Position numbers and translations under genes: made by a program. A stretch of DNA of 64,000 nucleotides. It comes from Barthelona sp. PCE. Its lineage: Eukaryota. The DNA lies in assembly GCA_040285745.1 (NCBI GenBank), contig JAUFOR010000002.1:1612001-1676000 (forward strand), given 5' to 3'. Under the pieces are notes generated by a model. It did not search any database and was not told the DNA's origin. It was given only the letters and a program-made list of their open reading frames with translations. This document shows positions 29,785 through 40,212 of the stretch, piece by piece (position 1 is the stretch's first letter; the number at the start of each line of letters is the position of its first letter).

Positions 29785-31338
29785 ATGCCACGTTCCCCGA
29801 GCATTAGGAAAATCGACGCTGATGAGGTAAATGTCGGTATGGGCATGGTTGATGAAGTTGTTGCTGTTGAAGGCGAACTATTAGTCGATAAATTCGATGA
29901 CAATGAAGAGTTAGGCAACATCCGTTTAGCACTCCCTGAAGATTTTGAACGTTTACAGATTAAGAACGATGATTCATTGAGAATGGAAGACATTGAAGAT
30001 GCCGAAGAGTTTTTGGGAACTTCTATCTCCACAGGCTTCATGAATGAAAAAAAGAAGCAGAAGAAACGTCGTAAACGTAAGCAAAAGCACCTTGAACAAA
30101 AAGAGAATGAAGAACCGGAATACAACACATTTGTTCCTGGTCGTGATGAGATCACAGATGACATGGAACTGGATTACGATCCAGCCATGTATGATTCCTT
30201 CTTTGACATCAAAACCCCTTGGCCTTCCTTAACGCTTGATGTTATCCCTGATAGTTTTGGTGCTGAAAGAACAGAACTCCCTGTTTCAATGCTCCTAGCA
30301 TCAGGTTCACAGTCCCAATGTATGGATGATAACTTTTTATATGTCCTTCGTTGTGATAATGTCAACAAGACAAGAATAGGATGGGAAGAGAACGATGTTG
30401 AGGATGAAGAAGATATCTCCCTCACCCTAGCCACATTCAATCACAAAGGTTTTGTCAACCGTGTACGTGTGAACCCGGTTATGAACTGCATAATTGCGAC
30501 CCAGGCTGAGTATTCTTCAAAGAAGGGAAGTGTGTCAATCTTCAATGTAGATAAGCAGCTGGAATTGTTATATGCTGAGAAGAAACCCAAGGATGCTGAC
30601 GACTGTCTGATTCACACGGAGAAGGCCAGACCAGGATATGGTTTGTGTTGGAGCCCTTTTGGTGATTATTTGCTCAGTGGTCACGTTGACGGGTCTGTCT
30701 TCAAACATGAGTTAATTAATGATTCTTTCGAATGTACAGCAGAGTTTAAAAGTCACACTGACAGTGTGGAAGATATCACACATCATCCTAGCAGTTCTTT
30801 CTTTGCTACAGTTGGTGTCGATCGATCTATCCATATTTGGAACGCAGAAAGTGAAGAACCAATTGCTGTAAGGGAGGAAGCACATGATACAGATATCAAT
30901 GTTGCTGATTGGAATGCTATTCAGCCGAATATTATTGCCACTGGTGCAGATGATGGCACCATCAAGGTTTGGAACCTCGAAGACATGGCAGAACCTATGC
31001 ATGAGGTTAACTGGCATAACAGTCCCATCACAAGTGTGCAATGGGCTCCTTTTAACGAAACAATGCTTATTGCATCCAGTGAAGATCATAGTATCTCAAT
31101 TTGGGACTTTTCAATGGATGAAACAGAGGAAGATGGTGTGCCAAATAGGCTTATGTTTATTCATGCAGGTCAGAAAGAGATTAAGGAAGTGCGCTGGCAT
31201 CCACAATGTCCTGGATTCTTTATATCAACAAGTGGTACTGGCTACCACATTGCAAAGCCCATGACATTAATGCTTTCCTCCGAAGAAATTGAAGAAATGC
31301 AAGAGGGTATGGAAAGTATTGAAGAACAAGACGAGTAA
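29785..31338 (+). CDS. GRWD1: Ribosome assembly WD40 protein GRWD1/Rrb1
   Basis: ELDYDPAMYD...PWPSLTLDVIPDSFG, HKGFVNRVR, HTDSVEDI, AHDTDINVADWN, WHNSPITSVQW and PNRLMFIHAGQKEIKEVRWHPQCPG. Confidence 0.92.
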   Translation: MPRSPSIRKIDADEVNVGMGMVDEVVAVEGELLVDKFDDNEELGNIRLALPEDFERLQIKNDDSLRMEDIEDAEEFLGTSISTGFMNEKKKQKKRRKRKQKHLEQKENEEPEYNTFVPGRDEITDDMELDYDPAMYDSFFDIKTPWPSLTLDVIPDSFGAERTELPVSMLLASGSQSQCMDDNFLYVLRCDNVNKTRIGWEENDVEDEEDISLTLATFNHKGFVNRVRVNPVMNCIIATQAEYSSKKGSVSIFNVDKQLELLYAEKKPKDADDCLIHTEKARPGYGLCWSPFGDYLLSGHVDGSVFKHELINDSFECTAEFKSHTDSVEDITHHPSSSFFATVGVDRSIHIWNAESEEPIAVREEAHDTDINVADWNAIQPNIIATGADDGTIKVWNLEDMAEPMHEVNWHNSPITSVQWAPFNETMLIASSEDHSISIWDFSMDETEEDGVPNRLMFIHAGQKEIKEVRWHPQCPGFFISTSGTGYHIAKPMTLMLSSEEIEEMQEGMESIEEQDE

Positions 31339-31339
31339 A

Positions 31340-31657
31340 TTAATTTTCATCTTCAGGATCTTGAGGAATGTAATCGCCTATCGATTCTATGAGGGAGGAG
31401 AGACTACTATTCATCTTTGTCATACTTGTGACTAGTTTATCATTATCTACATCAAAGTCTGTAGTAATACGTTCATGTACAAACGCTTCAAGAGATTCGT
31501 CAAGCCTCTTACCATGTGTGGTTAATTTTTTTCTAATATCTGAAGAAAAATCTGTCGAATTTCGAAAACTCTCTATTATATTGTTAGACATAGTTTTCGA
31601 GCATGCTGATGTGGAGGAATGCCCACCAATGTCAAGCCAACTTGTAAGAAAACTCAT
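31340..31657 (-). CDS. Small helical hypothetical protein (105 aa)
   Basis: ATG-initiated ORF that fills the gap between GRWD1 and the next promoter region, with protein-like composition. Confidence 0.55.
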   Translation of the reverse strand: MSFLTSWLDIGGHSSTSACSKTMSNNIIESFRNSTDFSSDIRKKLTTHGKRLDESLEAFVHERITTDFDVDNDKLVTSMTKMNSSLSSLIESIGDYIPQDPEDEN

Positions 31658-31944
31658 AAAAACCCGTTATGATGTGTAAAGAAGTGGAGAAATGGTTAAA
31701 CACTTTAACAGCATGAGAATGTTCAAAAGTGGTATGTATACAACACATAATCACATTTGTGATTGTTAAAGTTTCCAAAAAAAAAAACCTGCTTGGAAAT
31801 GAAGTGTAGGAAAACTTATAATATTGATGAAATAAAAACCTTTCACCAACAATATGTTATACGGTTCATGTTTAAATCAACAAAAAATGAGAATATGCCC
31901 GTATTCATCAAGTACACCCATTTCGTTATACCATAATTTTACAC

Positions 31945-33597
31945 ATGAAAATTAGCACCCAGCGGTTAATCAAGTGTTATTTTGGGTTCACCTTAGGATT
32001 CTTATCGTTGGCAATTGGTTGTAACATCATTGACAAGATGGATATGGATCCGTGGTTGCTTATCCTGTTTATATCAACGTTCCAAACTCTCATATCATCG
32101 GGAACGCAACAGATTAAGTTGAGCGATGTGGTAAAGGAGAAAAGTGGGGTTTTTTGGTTCTCTTCTTTGCTTTATACATTGGAAATTATGTTTTTGGTTC
32201 AACCATTCCATCACTCGGAATTCCATGATGCGTTTTTATTGGGTTTCTTGCGATACATCACACCGCTATACTTTCGTAAGAAGCTAGCCATAAGTGGATT
32301 TCACTCTTATCTATTACCATCAGCAGCAATGCTTGGATTCGGGTTTTTGGTAAACTTCCTACACGTTAAGAAGTATATATTCCTTGTTTCTCCGATTATC
32401 ATGATTATTTGTCTTTGTACAAGGCATTTTTTGGCATTAGATTATCCTAAATTGAAAAATGAAGGTCTTATGAGTACCACAACAATTCTAATATCACTTA
32501 TTGGTTTTATTATGACCATTGGTAAGTATGAAAAAATTCATTTTTTTTCAACTTTGTTGAGTGGTTTTTTTATTTCATTAACAGGATTCTTCATTCAATT
32601 TGATACCAACAAGTATTCAAAATCACTGAATTCACTTCATTTCTATAGATTATTATTGTTTTCTTACCTTAGTATCAGTTTTTTCTTCATTGTATTTGAA
32701 AAGAACTTTTTTTCTGTATTTCCATTACTTTTATTCGTATTCAGCACCGTGTTATTGCTATACAAGCCCACTACGTTTATAAACGTACCTTCCAATAATA
32801 ATAATGATCTTCAACTGTCAAATGTGGAAGGATTGATAGTGATTTTTGTAATTTTCAGCGTTGTTGTTCTTACAAATGATAAATTTTATAGTCTTATACA
32901 GGTGAGCATTCTACTTCGCACTGTTTTACACTGTTTTTATCCAACAATTAAACAATATGTTGCACGAATTAAGAACTCAAGATTTTCTTTTTCTTTTCTT
33001 CCAATTATAAGTTTGGTTGAGATTTCAATCTTCATAGTGTCATGCTTTTCCATTCTTATGAGTTTTAGTGAAAATGTGTTGAAGCATCCAAGCCCAAGTT
33101 TCGTATTCAGATTTTTGCTCATATTGGTATCAGTTTTTGCAGCAATAACAAGTATACTGAAGGGTAGAAAACTCTTTTTCACTATTGCTACAACATTATT
33201 AATGTTGAGTAATCCTGCCATTTGGTCTATGACTCACAAAACACTTTATAATACTGGTTATGTTCTTTTTTTCGTTCTATGGTGCTTTTTTTTCCAATAC
33301 AAACAATTTATCCAGGCAATCAGGTTGGTACTACTATGGGCTCCGCCTAATTCTGAAAGTGCTGTTCGTGATATACTGAAAGAATTCACTCAAACTTATG
33401 ATGGAGTATTTTTAGGTAAACCAGAGTTCAAAATTTGGTCAGTTACTGGTAAAAGACAGATTCTTACATGCAAACTAAATGTGAAAAAGAATGTTGAAAG
33501 ACCTTCAGTGTCTGAGTTGAAACGACAATTGCAAGGTGAACTTTTACCTCTTAACTTGTTCCACTTAACGCTAGACTTTGAACTTATTGATATATAA
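31945..33597 (+). CDS. Multi-pass membrane protein with a CDF/ZnT-type C-terminal cytosolic domain (ZnT5/Msc2-like architecture, highly divergent)
   Basis: About 14-15 TM segments. C-terminal LVLLWAPP...DGV...FKIWSVT...TCKLNV...LFHLTLDFE parallels the ZnT5/6/7 pattern LL...PP...EG....HFW.....GT.HI.V...LTIQ.E. Confidence 0.55.
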   Translation: MKISTQRLIKCYFGFTLGFLSLAIGCNIIDKMDMDPWLLILFISTFQTLISSGTQQIKLSDVVKEKSGVFWFSSLLYTLEIMFLVQPFHHSEFHDAFLLGFLRYITPLYFRKKLAISGFHSYLLPSAAMLGFGFLVNFLHVKKYIFLVSPIIMIICLCTRHFLALDYPKLKNEGLMSTTTILISLIGFIMTIGKYEKIHFFSTLLSGFFISLTGFFIQFDTNKYSKSLNSLHFYRLLLFSYLSISFFFIVFEKNFFSVFPLLLFVFSTVLLLYKPTTFINVPSNNNNDLQLSNVEGLIVIFVIFSVVVLTNDKFYSLIQVSILLRTVLHCFYPTIKQYVARIKNSRFSFSFLPIISLVEISIFIVSCFSILMSFSENVLKHPSPSFVFRFLLILVSVFAAITSILKGRKLFFTIATTLLMLSNPAIWSMTHKTLYNTGYVLFFVLWCFFFQYKQFIQAIRLVLLWAPPNSESAVRDILKEFTQTYDGVFLGKPEFKIWSVTGKRQILTCKLNVKKNVERPSVSELKRQLQGELLPLNLFHLTLDFELIDI

Positions 33598-33894
33598 AAC
33601 ATGTTAAAGGATATATCGTATTAAACTCATCTTCATCAGTCAATAATGATGTGAATTTTACTCAAGTAAACTTTTATGGGAGTTGCTTTCTTTCTTTCTT
33701 TTATGCATAACACAACACATAAAACAAAGAAAATGACTGCCTGATCAATCACTTTTGTTGCGTTATGGATAATGTACACATATATCCAACAAAAACGTCC
33801 AATTCTCCCTGAAAAACAAGCAAATATAGGTATATTAACAAATAGAATTTTGTTTTTTGTATATTTATCCTTTTCATTTGAGTATATTCCGAAA

Positions 33895-35127
33895 ATGAGC
33901 TTTCAAGACCAAACAGATGCAGTAGCAAAGTACCTGGAGGATACAGATCTTGAGTCAAGACTTAACAAACAATTAAACTTGCTTTTACAAGAAAAACCAG
34001 CAAATGTATTCGATAAACTCGTGTTTCTGCTGTCGCGCCCGATGAATGCAATCATTAAACGAGTATATGTTCACAAGAAGTTCTTTTTTTCTGAAATGTT
34101 GATCTCTATCAAGGCTGATGTCTCAACAGATTTACAAGAAACGATATCTATGGAACTTCTTACTGTTGACCACAAGACTTGTGAACTTCTCTCAATTAAT
34201 GAGGAGCAAATAGAAAAAGTATCTGAATTACTCAATTCTTTGTGGACCGAAAAAGCTATCACCACGGAAGAAGTGCTTCTCATGGATGGATGCGAAGATA
34301 TTCCCCTTCTGATGCGTCGCATTATACAGTTCTATCTCTTGAAACAAGCCATCTCTGCAACAGAACAGCCGTGCAGCAGCCATGCTGAACTTCTTGGTCT
34401 CCCTGCTCCACAACAACAGCGAGTCTTCCTTCTTCTCAAGGAAATTAATCACGGTGGGCTAAAGGTACGAATATTTATGGGTTTTGAGGACTTGAAGATG
34501 GATCTTGAAAAACGTCAGGCTTTTAACACACTCTTTACACAATTCACAGAGTGTGAAACGATCAATGCTATCTTTGACATGTACGAAATTATTAATTCTG
34601 AAGAAAGTGTTTTTAAAGACCAGCCCATGGTCATCGACTGGGGTGTTCCACAGCAATGTGAGGTTGTACCTCCTCCTGAAGAAGCAGAGCAGGAAACGAA
34701 GGGTAAGAAGCAGAAGTCTAAGCGAGAGCAACTGTTTAGCTATGATCCTACTGCTAGTGAAGTCAACACTTCAAAATCTAAAAGAGAAGTATTTATTAAC
34801 AGCCGGACACAAGTTGAATTTATTCAGAAAAATGATACTTGGATCCATCTATGTCCATTCTCTTTGGAAGATACCATTGCTGCAGAAATGCTTGAAGGTA
34901 TACCTGACCGTGTCATCCTTGAACCTTCTCAACATTACTATAGAGATGATGAAACTGATCTAAGTAACGTTCTCAAGACTGCAAAGGCATGTGTGCAAAA
35001 AAAAATGGTTTTTGTTGATGATTTATCATTAGGATGTCTCTTTAATGTAGAAGATGTTTTTGTAACTCTGTGTGGTTTAGAACCTAACCAACAGCGCTTA
35101 CTACAAGAGTTCTGGTTAGATAACTAA
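33895..35127 (+). CDS. Protein with N-terminal RIIa/DPY30-like domain; possibly a degenerate ENO4-like enolase-fold protein
   Basis: VAKYLEDTDLESRLNKQLNLLLQEKPANVFDKL is a D/D-type motif. It is followed by IIKRVYVHK and a later PPPEE..KGKK insert reminiscent of ENO4. No enolase catalytic motifs seen. Confidence 0.5.
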   Translation: MSFQDQTDAVAKYLEDTDLESRLNKQLNLLLQEKPANVFDKLVFLLSRPMNAIIKRVYVHKKFFFSEMLISIKADVSTDLQETISMELLTVDHKTCELLSINEEQIEKVSELLNSLWTEKAITTEEVLLMDGCEDIPLLMRRIIQFYLLKQAISATEQPCSSHAELLGLPAPQQQRVFLLLKEINHGGLKVRIFMGFEDLKMDLEKRQAFNTLFTQFTECETINAIFDMYEIINSEESVFKDQPMVIDWGVPQQCEVVPPPEEAEQETKGKKQKSKREQLFSYDPTASEVNTSKSKREVFINSRTQVEFIQKNDTWIHLCPFSLEDTIAAEMLEGIPDRVILEPSQHYYRDDETDLSNVLKTAKACVQKKMVFVDDLSLGCLFNVEDVFVTLCGLEPNQQRLLQEFWLDN

Positions 35128-35954
35128 AGTTCCTGTACAAGTGACCATTCATTGGCAATAAAATCGTTTATGTTTAAATTTTCACAACCTCTATGAAAAA
35201 CATTAGCATTCAACTCTCTGAAACTTAAGTTTTTGAATAATATATCGCTGCTACAATTCCCGCCACCCAAACAGTCACGAAACATGTCTAATGTTATTCT
35301 AGTAAATCTGTCAGATACGTGCCCACCCACTATGCTATTATCTACGTCTGACCAACTATTTTCCAGTTGAGAACTGCTACCAATAAGGCATATATCATCT
35401 GGAGTTTCAGAAAATATCTCTTCAAGCAGAGTTTCAGCCTGACAAGTTTCTAAAACAACCATACAACTAGCATGACTACAAACTGCTTCAATGCTATTTC
35501 TGATTTCTTGTTCGTTCATCGTCCATCCATCATGTACACGGAGATACTTCCATCCGCCATGGCCGGTGATCCAAATAAGAACACGATCATCTGAATCAAG
35601 ACTAAAACTAATGCCTTCAAAGAATCGAATGATTGCCTGTGGTGTAATGTCTAATCCCTTCAACGTTGAGATGCTGCAGCTATCAACCACAGAGTTACTG
35701 TTAGCAGAGTTAAAAACTGACCCCTTAACCGGATTTGTATTGGAACAAATTAGAGTATCAGCTGTTAACATGAATATAGCATCTCTTGTGAAGCCTCCGA
35801 CCCGGATTAGTAGGTCAGAGAGAGCCCATACATTACTTGAATGATGATAATTTGCCCTAAATCTACTAGTGTTGAGAATAATCGCAATGTTCTTTGACTG
35901 TGCTGTGGAAATCAGCAAACATATGCAAAAAATGCAAAAAATGCCGCTTTTCAT
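35124..35954 (-). CDS. GPI8: GPI-anchor transamidase catalytic subunit (peptidase C13)
   Basis: Signal peptide, then NTSRFRANYHHSSNV, ITGHGG (catalytic His), LETCQA (catalytic Cys), SSSQLENSWS and VSDRFT. Confidence 0.88.
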   Translation of the reverse strand: MKSGIFCIFCICLLISTAQSKNIAIILNTSRFRANYHHSSNVWALSDLLIRVGGFTRDAIFMLTADTLICSNTNPVKGSVFNSANSNSVVDSCSISTLKGLDITPQAIIRFFEGISFSLDSDDRVLIWITGHGGWKYLRVHDGWTMNEQEIRNSIEAVCSHASCMVVLETCQAETLLEEIFSETPDDICLIGSSSQLENSWSDVDNSIVGGHVSDRFTRITLDMFRDCLGGGNCSSDILFKNLSFRELNANVFHRGCENLNINDFIANEWSLVQEL

Positions 35955-36008
35955 GAAAAAATTAGTTGTGAAGGGTGAATAAGCTGATTACACAAACTTT
36001 ACCTTTTT

Positions 36009-39000
36009 ATGCACATGAAGAAGTTTATTCAATTTCTTATATTACTATGGGCATCAATTTCTGTCTGTGTAGCTGCAAACACGGTTATTAATGATGATAA
36101 AGTCGTTATTGTAATCACAGAAGGGCAAAACTTGATAAGTGACATATCTAGCAAAACTGTAGTTCAGCTTTTGTGGGACACTCCTGTTGTATATGCCCTT
36201 TTAGTTATTGAAAACAGCAATGTTAATGTTGAATTAAATTTTTCACTATTATTTCCAACTGATTTCAGTATTATCACAGTTAAACAGTCAAATGTGACAT
36301 TCAAGACTGTATCTAAAAAACGCACACTAGCTGCAGATCTTTTTGCAGTTCATGACTCATTTATATATGATTCCATGATTGAATATGTTGGTTCAGTTGC
36401 TTATTTCAACAATACAATATTGGACAGTTTACTAACAAAAATAGATCAAGTTAATGTTAAAGATTGCACAATTAGTGACATAACAATTACTAAATCCAAA
36501 ACCGTTTACTTTAATAATATTTCTTTAAATACTGTCTTACCAACAAGCGTTGAATCGAACATCGTTACGATAGAAAACATTCCAAATATGTCTATTTCGC
36601 TATTTTTAAGAGCAGAAAATATTGTTTTTAGAAACATTGTGGCCGGTGATATCAGTCTTAGTTTTGAAAGACGTTTAAATATCACAATGACTAATGTATT
36701 TGTACATAGTGACATACGGTTACTGTCTGGATTACTACAATCAATATCGGCTGAGAGTGTTTCACTGAAAAACGTATCAGCAAGAAAATTTTTGTTTGTC
36801 AGAATGATAGTTGAGGATATGACCATCACTGAACCGTATTTCAACGGATTAAATACTGTTGTTTCATTTTCTTATTCTCATATCGATAAACTTACAATCA
36901 TCAATTCCATCTTTAGCAATCATTACTATAATTGGGATGTGTCAGATCAAAGTGAAATGCGTACTGTTTATATAAAAAACGTCACATACATTAATATTGT
37001 TGACGATTTTCTGGATAAACCTTTGTTCCCAGTTAATGTTCAGGTATTAGATATTAAACAGGCTATGTTCATCAATGTAGAGCCAAGAACCGCTTCTAAA
37101 GATAATATTCCAAATATTAAAAAATGTTCCATTTCGAACTCCACTTTTTTTGAATCTGATATTGTTTTCTCTGCTGAAACCTATAGTTTCGAAACAGTAA
37201 TATTCGAAAAAACCAGTTTCGGACATCCAATTCACGTTGAATGGATGTATAACATTGTAATTCGTAACTGCACGAGTGTTTCTCAAATTGTTTCTACACC
37301 GATATTCACTCATAATTCTGTGAGTGTAGTCAATTTAAATATGATTGACTCTTCAATTGCAAGAGATATTTTTCAAAATATTCGATACCATGAAAATATT
37401 CATATATCTTTCAGAAACATAAGAATTGAAAACTCTTTTACTAGTTCAATTTTCAAAACTGAAAAGTATGGGCATTTCAATTCTGTGGTATTTGATGGAA
37501 TTATTATTCTAAATTCTGTAATTGAACATCTTTTTTTTTCGGATATTACAAATCATATAGATAGCATGTCTATATATAATATCCATATTGGTGGTGGGTC
37601 TTCTGAGGGTATTATACGTTGTTCAACAACATCATTCACAAGTATAAATAATGCTATTGATGTTAAAAGCGTAAAAATTCAAAAAACATTGTTGCCATAT
37701 TTTTTATATACAACGAGAGTATTCAATATTTCGGTGTCCAATAGTTTCTTTGATTTGGCAGAAAAAGGTGTGGGATTTGTATTATCTTCAGATGAAGAAA
37801 TTCATTTCTCAATGATAAATATTACTGTATCGTTAAATGCTTTATCGTTATGGTCGATTCATAATGGTAAAGAGAGGCTGTTCGTTGACATGAAAAATTC
37901 ATACTTTAACGTAACCGATAAATCAAAATTATGTATGATATATAGCTCAAATCACCAACTCCACTCATCATCGAACGTTACCATTGATGGAGATCGCTTA
38001 CTCACAAACATGGTATCAGATCACTACTTGGATGATGGTTTCCTTTTGAAGGTTGGAATGAATACAATTTCCAGTTCATCAGTACAATTAGTTTTTGGAT
38101 ACATGAAAAAGATTGATATCCTGTATGTAACTTTCTATCCTTTCAATTGGGAGACATTACATGTTCATGATTATGTTATTTTACCCATGAGAAAGATTGA
38201 TGTTTTAAGTGAAGACCTTTGGGTAACTGTGTTTGGCGTTAAATTTGGTGTGCTATCCAACGGAAAGCCGAACGGTATAGCATGCAGAGGAGGTTTTGGT
38301 TGGGATGAAAAGAATAGTAGATGTACACCATGCACAACTGGGTACCAACAGTTACAAATTTTCGAAAAGCCCACGTGCAAATTGGACACTAAACTCGACC
38401 ACTTGTCTTACATGGATCTCGATGCAATAACAGGAGCAATGTACAGAGTACCACTTGGATTTTTTGTTTTAGAAATGAATAATACCGTCACACTTGTTGA
38501 CTGTATGAATTCCTTCTGTCCAGGAGGGCAGGTCATGCCTGGTTTAAGTGGACTTGCAATTACTGAATTTGACAAACGTTATGCCATATACCAATACAAT
38601 AATATTTCTATTTCTGAATTCAACGGATGTATACAGGGACATCATGGTCCCGGATGCACGCAGTGTATCAAGCAAGAAGTAATCAATGGGATTTTTTATG
38701 TTGGCTATCAAATAATATCTTATGGATGTGTGATGATACCGGATAAATATATTAATTACGTCACGATAATGTTCTGTATCCATTGTTTGTTGCTCTTTTT
38801 AGCTATGAAAAACTGGCATCTACTGTCAAAAATAAGATGGACAGCTTTTATGCCAAAAGAAACTATTGTTACGGATTTTGAAACTTTTGAAGTAATTTCG
38901 ACGATAAAGAACTTTGTATTGGTGATATATCCCCTTGTTGTAACCACTAGCAACTCAAGCACAGTTATGCCTGGTGATAATTTATTTTCATTTATTTTTA

Positions 39001-39959
39001 AACTGTTTTTCAATCCACTTGATGTATTTTCCATTACAGTTTACGGAATTATGCCTTACATAGATGTGATTTATTATGTTTTATTTGTCTTATTCTTCTT
39101 GTTCCCTCATCATATGCTGAGTTTAGTTGAATTATGCTTTTGTTGTATATGCACTATAGTTTTTGGCAGTTTATTTGGTATTATACCAATGATCCTTGGA
39201 GTTCCAGTTGCTTTCTTAATATTTTTTAACAGATATAGAAAATTCTTCATCGCTTCAGTGTTTATTGCAACACTTTTCTTTGAATACAATAAGATACTAA
39301 TCTTCTTTCCTCTTTTCATCATTATATTTAGAAATAGACCAAACGAGAACAAGTTATTTGAAAATAGAATTGGTCAAAATAATTTGTTATCAATCAACTA
39401 TTTCGTTCTTCCTTATATGACCAAGCTGACACTAATCAAATACTTCCCTATTTCAACACAGGACTTTTATACCATGATAGATCGGAAATGGCACACTTTA
39501 GCAAGTTATGAAGGGTTTAATGTTCTATTTTTATTACCATTATTATCAATGCCTGTGATGTATGGTTGGTGTTACATGCAGATACGGAAGTTAGCGGATA
39601 GTAAGTACGATTACCGTCAGTTTTTGTTCATAGTTTTGATTGGAAGAAGTTTCTATGAATTTATCAGCTATATTGGCCATGATCTATTACCCAATTTATT
39701 ATTTTTAATCGTTTTAATGGCATTCATTGCATTTGCCAAGCCGTTTAACAAACTCAATTCTCTCATTACAAAGGTTCTAATTGTTCTTATGCTAACAAAC
39801 CTTATGTATGAAATTTCGAAGAGATTTTCAGTCACTTCCACAGCCTTAATATTTTTACCCTCTCTTGTTGTACTTATTAAGGCATTTCAAACAAGTTCAT
39901 TGCTGAAAAGCAATGACATATCCAAATCAAATAATTATAGTTATTTATTAGACTTGTAA
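36009..39959 (+). CDS. Large surface/receptor-like membrane protein (signal peptide, beta-helix-like Asn/Ile/Ser-rich ectodomain, Cys-rich stalk, multi-TM C-terminus)
   Basis: N-terminal hydrophobic signal, repeated short beta motifs, CTPCTTGY and CIQGHHGPGCTQC, then about 9 or more TM helices. Confidence 0.75.
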   Translation: MHMKKFIQFLILLWASISVCVAANTVINDDKVVIVITEGQNLISDISSKTVVQLLWDTPVVYALLVIENSNVNVELNFSLLFPTDFSIITVKQSNVTFKTVSKKRTLAADLFAVHDSFIYDSMIEYVGSVAYFNNTILDSLLTKIDQVNVKDCTISDITITKSKTVYFNNISLNTVLPTSVESNIVTIENIPNMSISLFLRAENIVFRNIVAGDISLSFERRLNITMTNVFVHSDIRLLSGLLQSISAESVSLKNVSARKFLFVRMIVEDMTITEPYFNGLNTVVSFSYSHIDKLTIINSIFSNHYYNWDVSDQSEMRTVYIKNVTYINIVDDFLDKPLFPVNVQVLDIKQAMFINVEPRTASKDNIPNIKKCSISNSTFFESDIVFSAETYSFETVIFEKTSFGHPIHVEWMYNIVIRNCTSVSQIVSTPIFTHNSVSVVNLNMIDSSIARDIFQNIRYHENIHISFRNIRIENSFTSSIFKTEKYGHFNSVVFDGIIILNSVIEHLFFSDITNHIDSMSIYNIHIGGGSSEGIIRCSTTSFTSINNAIDVKSVKIQKTLLPYFLYTTRVFNISVSNSFFDLAEKGVGFVLSSDEEIHFSMINITVSLNALSLWSIHNGKERLFVDMKNSYFNVTDKSKLCMIYSSNHQLHSSSNVTIDGDRLLTNMVSDHYLDDGFLLKVGMNTISSSSVQLVFGYMKKIDILYVTFYPFNWETLHVHDYVILPMRKIDVLSEDLWVTVFGVKFGVLSNGKPNGIACRGGFGWDEKNSRCTPCTTGYQQLQIFEKPTCKLDTKLDHLSYMDLDAITGAMYRVPLGFFVLEMNNTVTLVDCMNSFCPGGQVMPGLSGLAITEFDKRYAIYQYNNISISEFNGCIQGHHGPGCTQCIKQEVINGIFYVGYQIISYGCVMIPDKYINYVTIMFCIHCLLLFLAMKNWHLLSKIRWTAFMPKETIVTDFETFEVISTIKNFVLVIYPLVVTTSNSSTVMPGDNLFSFIFKLFFNPLDVFSITVYGIMPYIDVIYYVLFVLFFLFPHHMLSLVELCFCCICTIVFGSLFGIIPMILGVPVAFLIFFNRYRKFFIASVFIATLFFEYNKILIFFPLFIIIFRNRPNENKLFENRIGQNNLLSINYFVLPYMTKLTLIKYFPISTQDFYTMIDRKWHTLASYEGFNVLFLLPLLSMPVMYGWCYMQIRKLADSKYDYRQFLFIVLIGRSFYEFISYIGHDLLPNLLFLIVLMAFIAFAKPFNKLNSLITKVLIVLMLTNLMYEISKRFSVTSTALIFLPSLVVLIKAFQTSSLLKSNDISKSNNYSYLLDL

Positions 39960-40212
39960 ATAGTATTTATGTTTGAGCATAAGTGTAATCGCAACATTCA
40001 AAAGGACTTGTCAGGTGGTTGAATCTCAAAAAAAGCAAGAAAGAAAGTTTTGGAAACTTATCCCCATTAACCCCAAATTCCAAGCCTCTCAAGTGTCAAC
40101 CCTCCTCCTTTGAGTTTGTATTCCAAAACTATTGAGTTGGTCTACTTTTGCTTGCTAATTCTTTTACAACCCTTTAAACCTCTTCTTTACGACTGACAGG
40201 CTTGCTTTAGCT

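Noticed and set aside
29493-30164. 223-aa minus-strand ORF and similar antisense ORFs (e.g. 57919-58383, 28093-28515)
   Set aside because: These are Ser/Phe-rich mirror translations of Glu/Lys-rich genes on the opposite strand.
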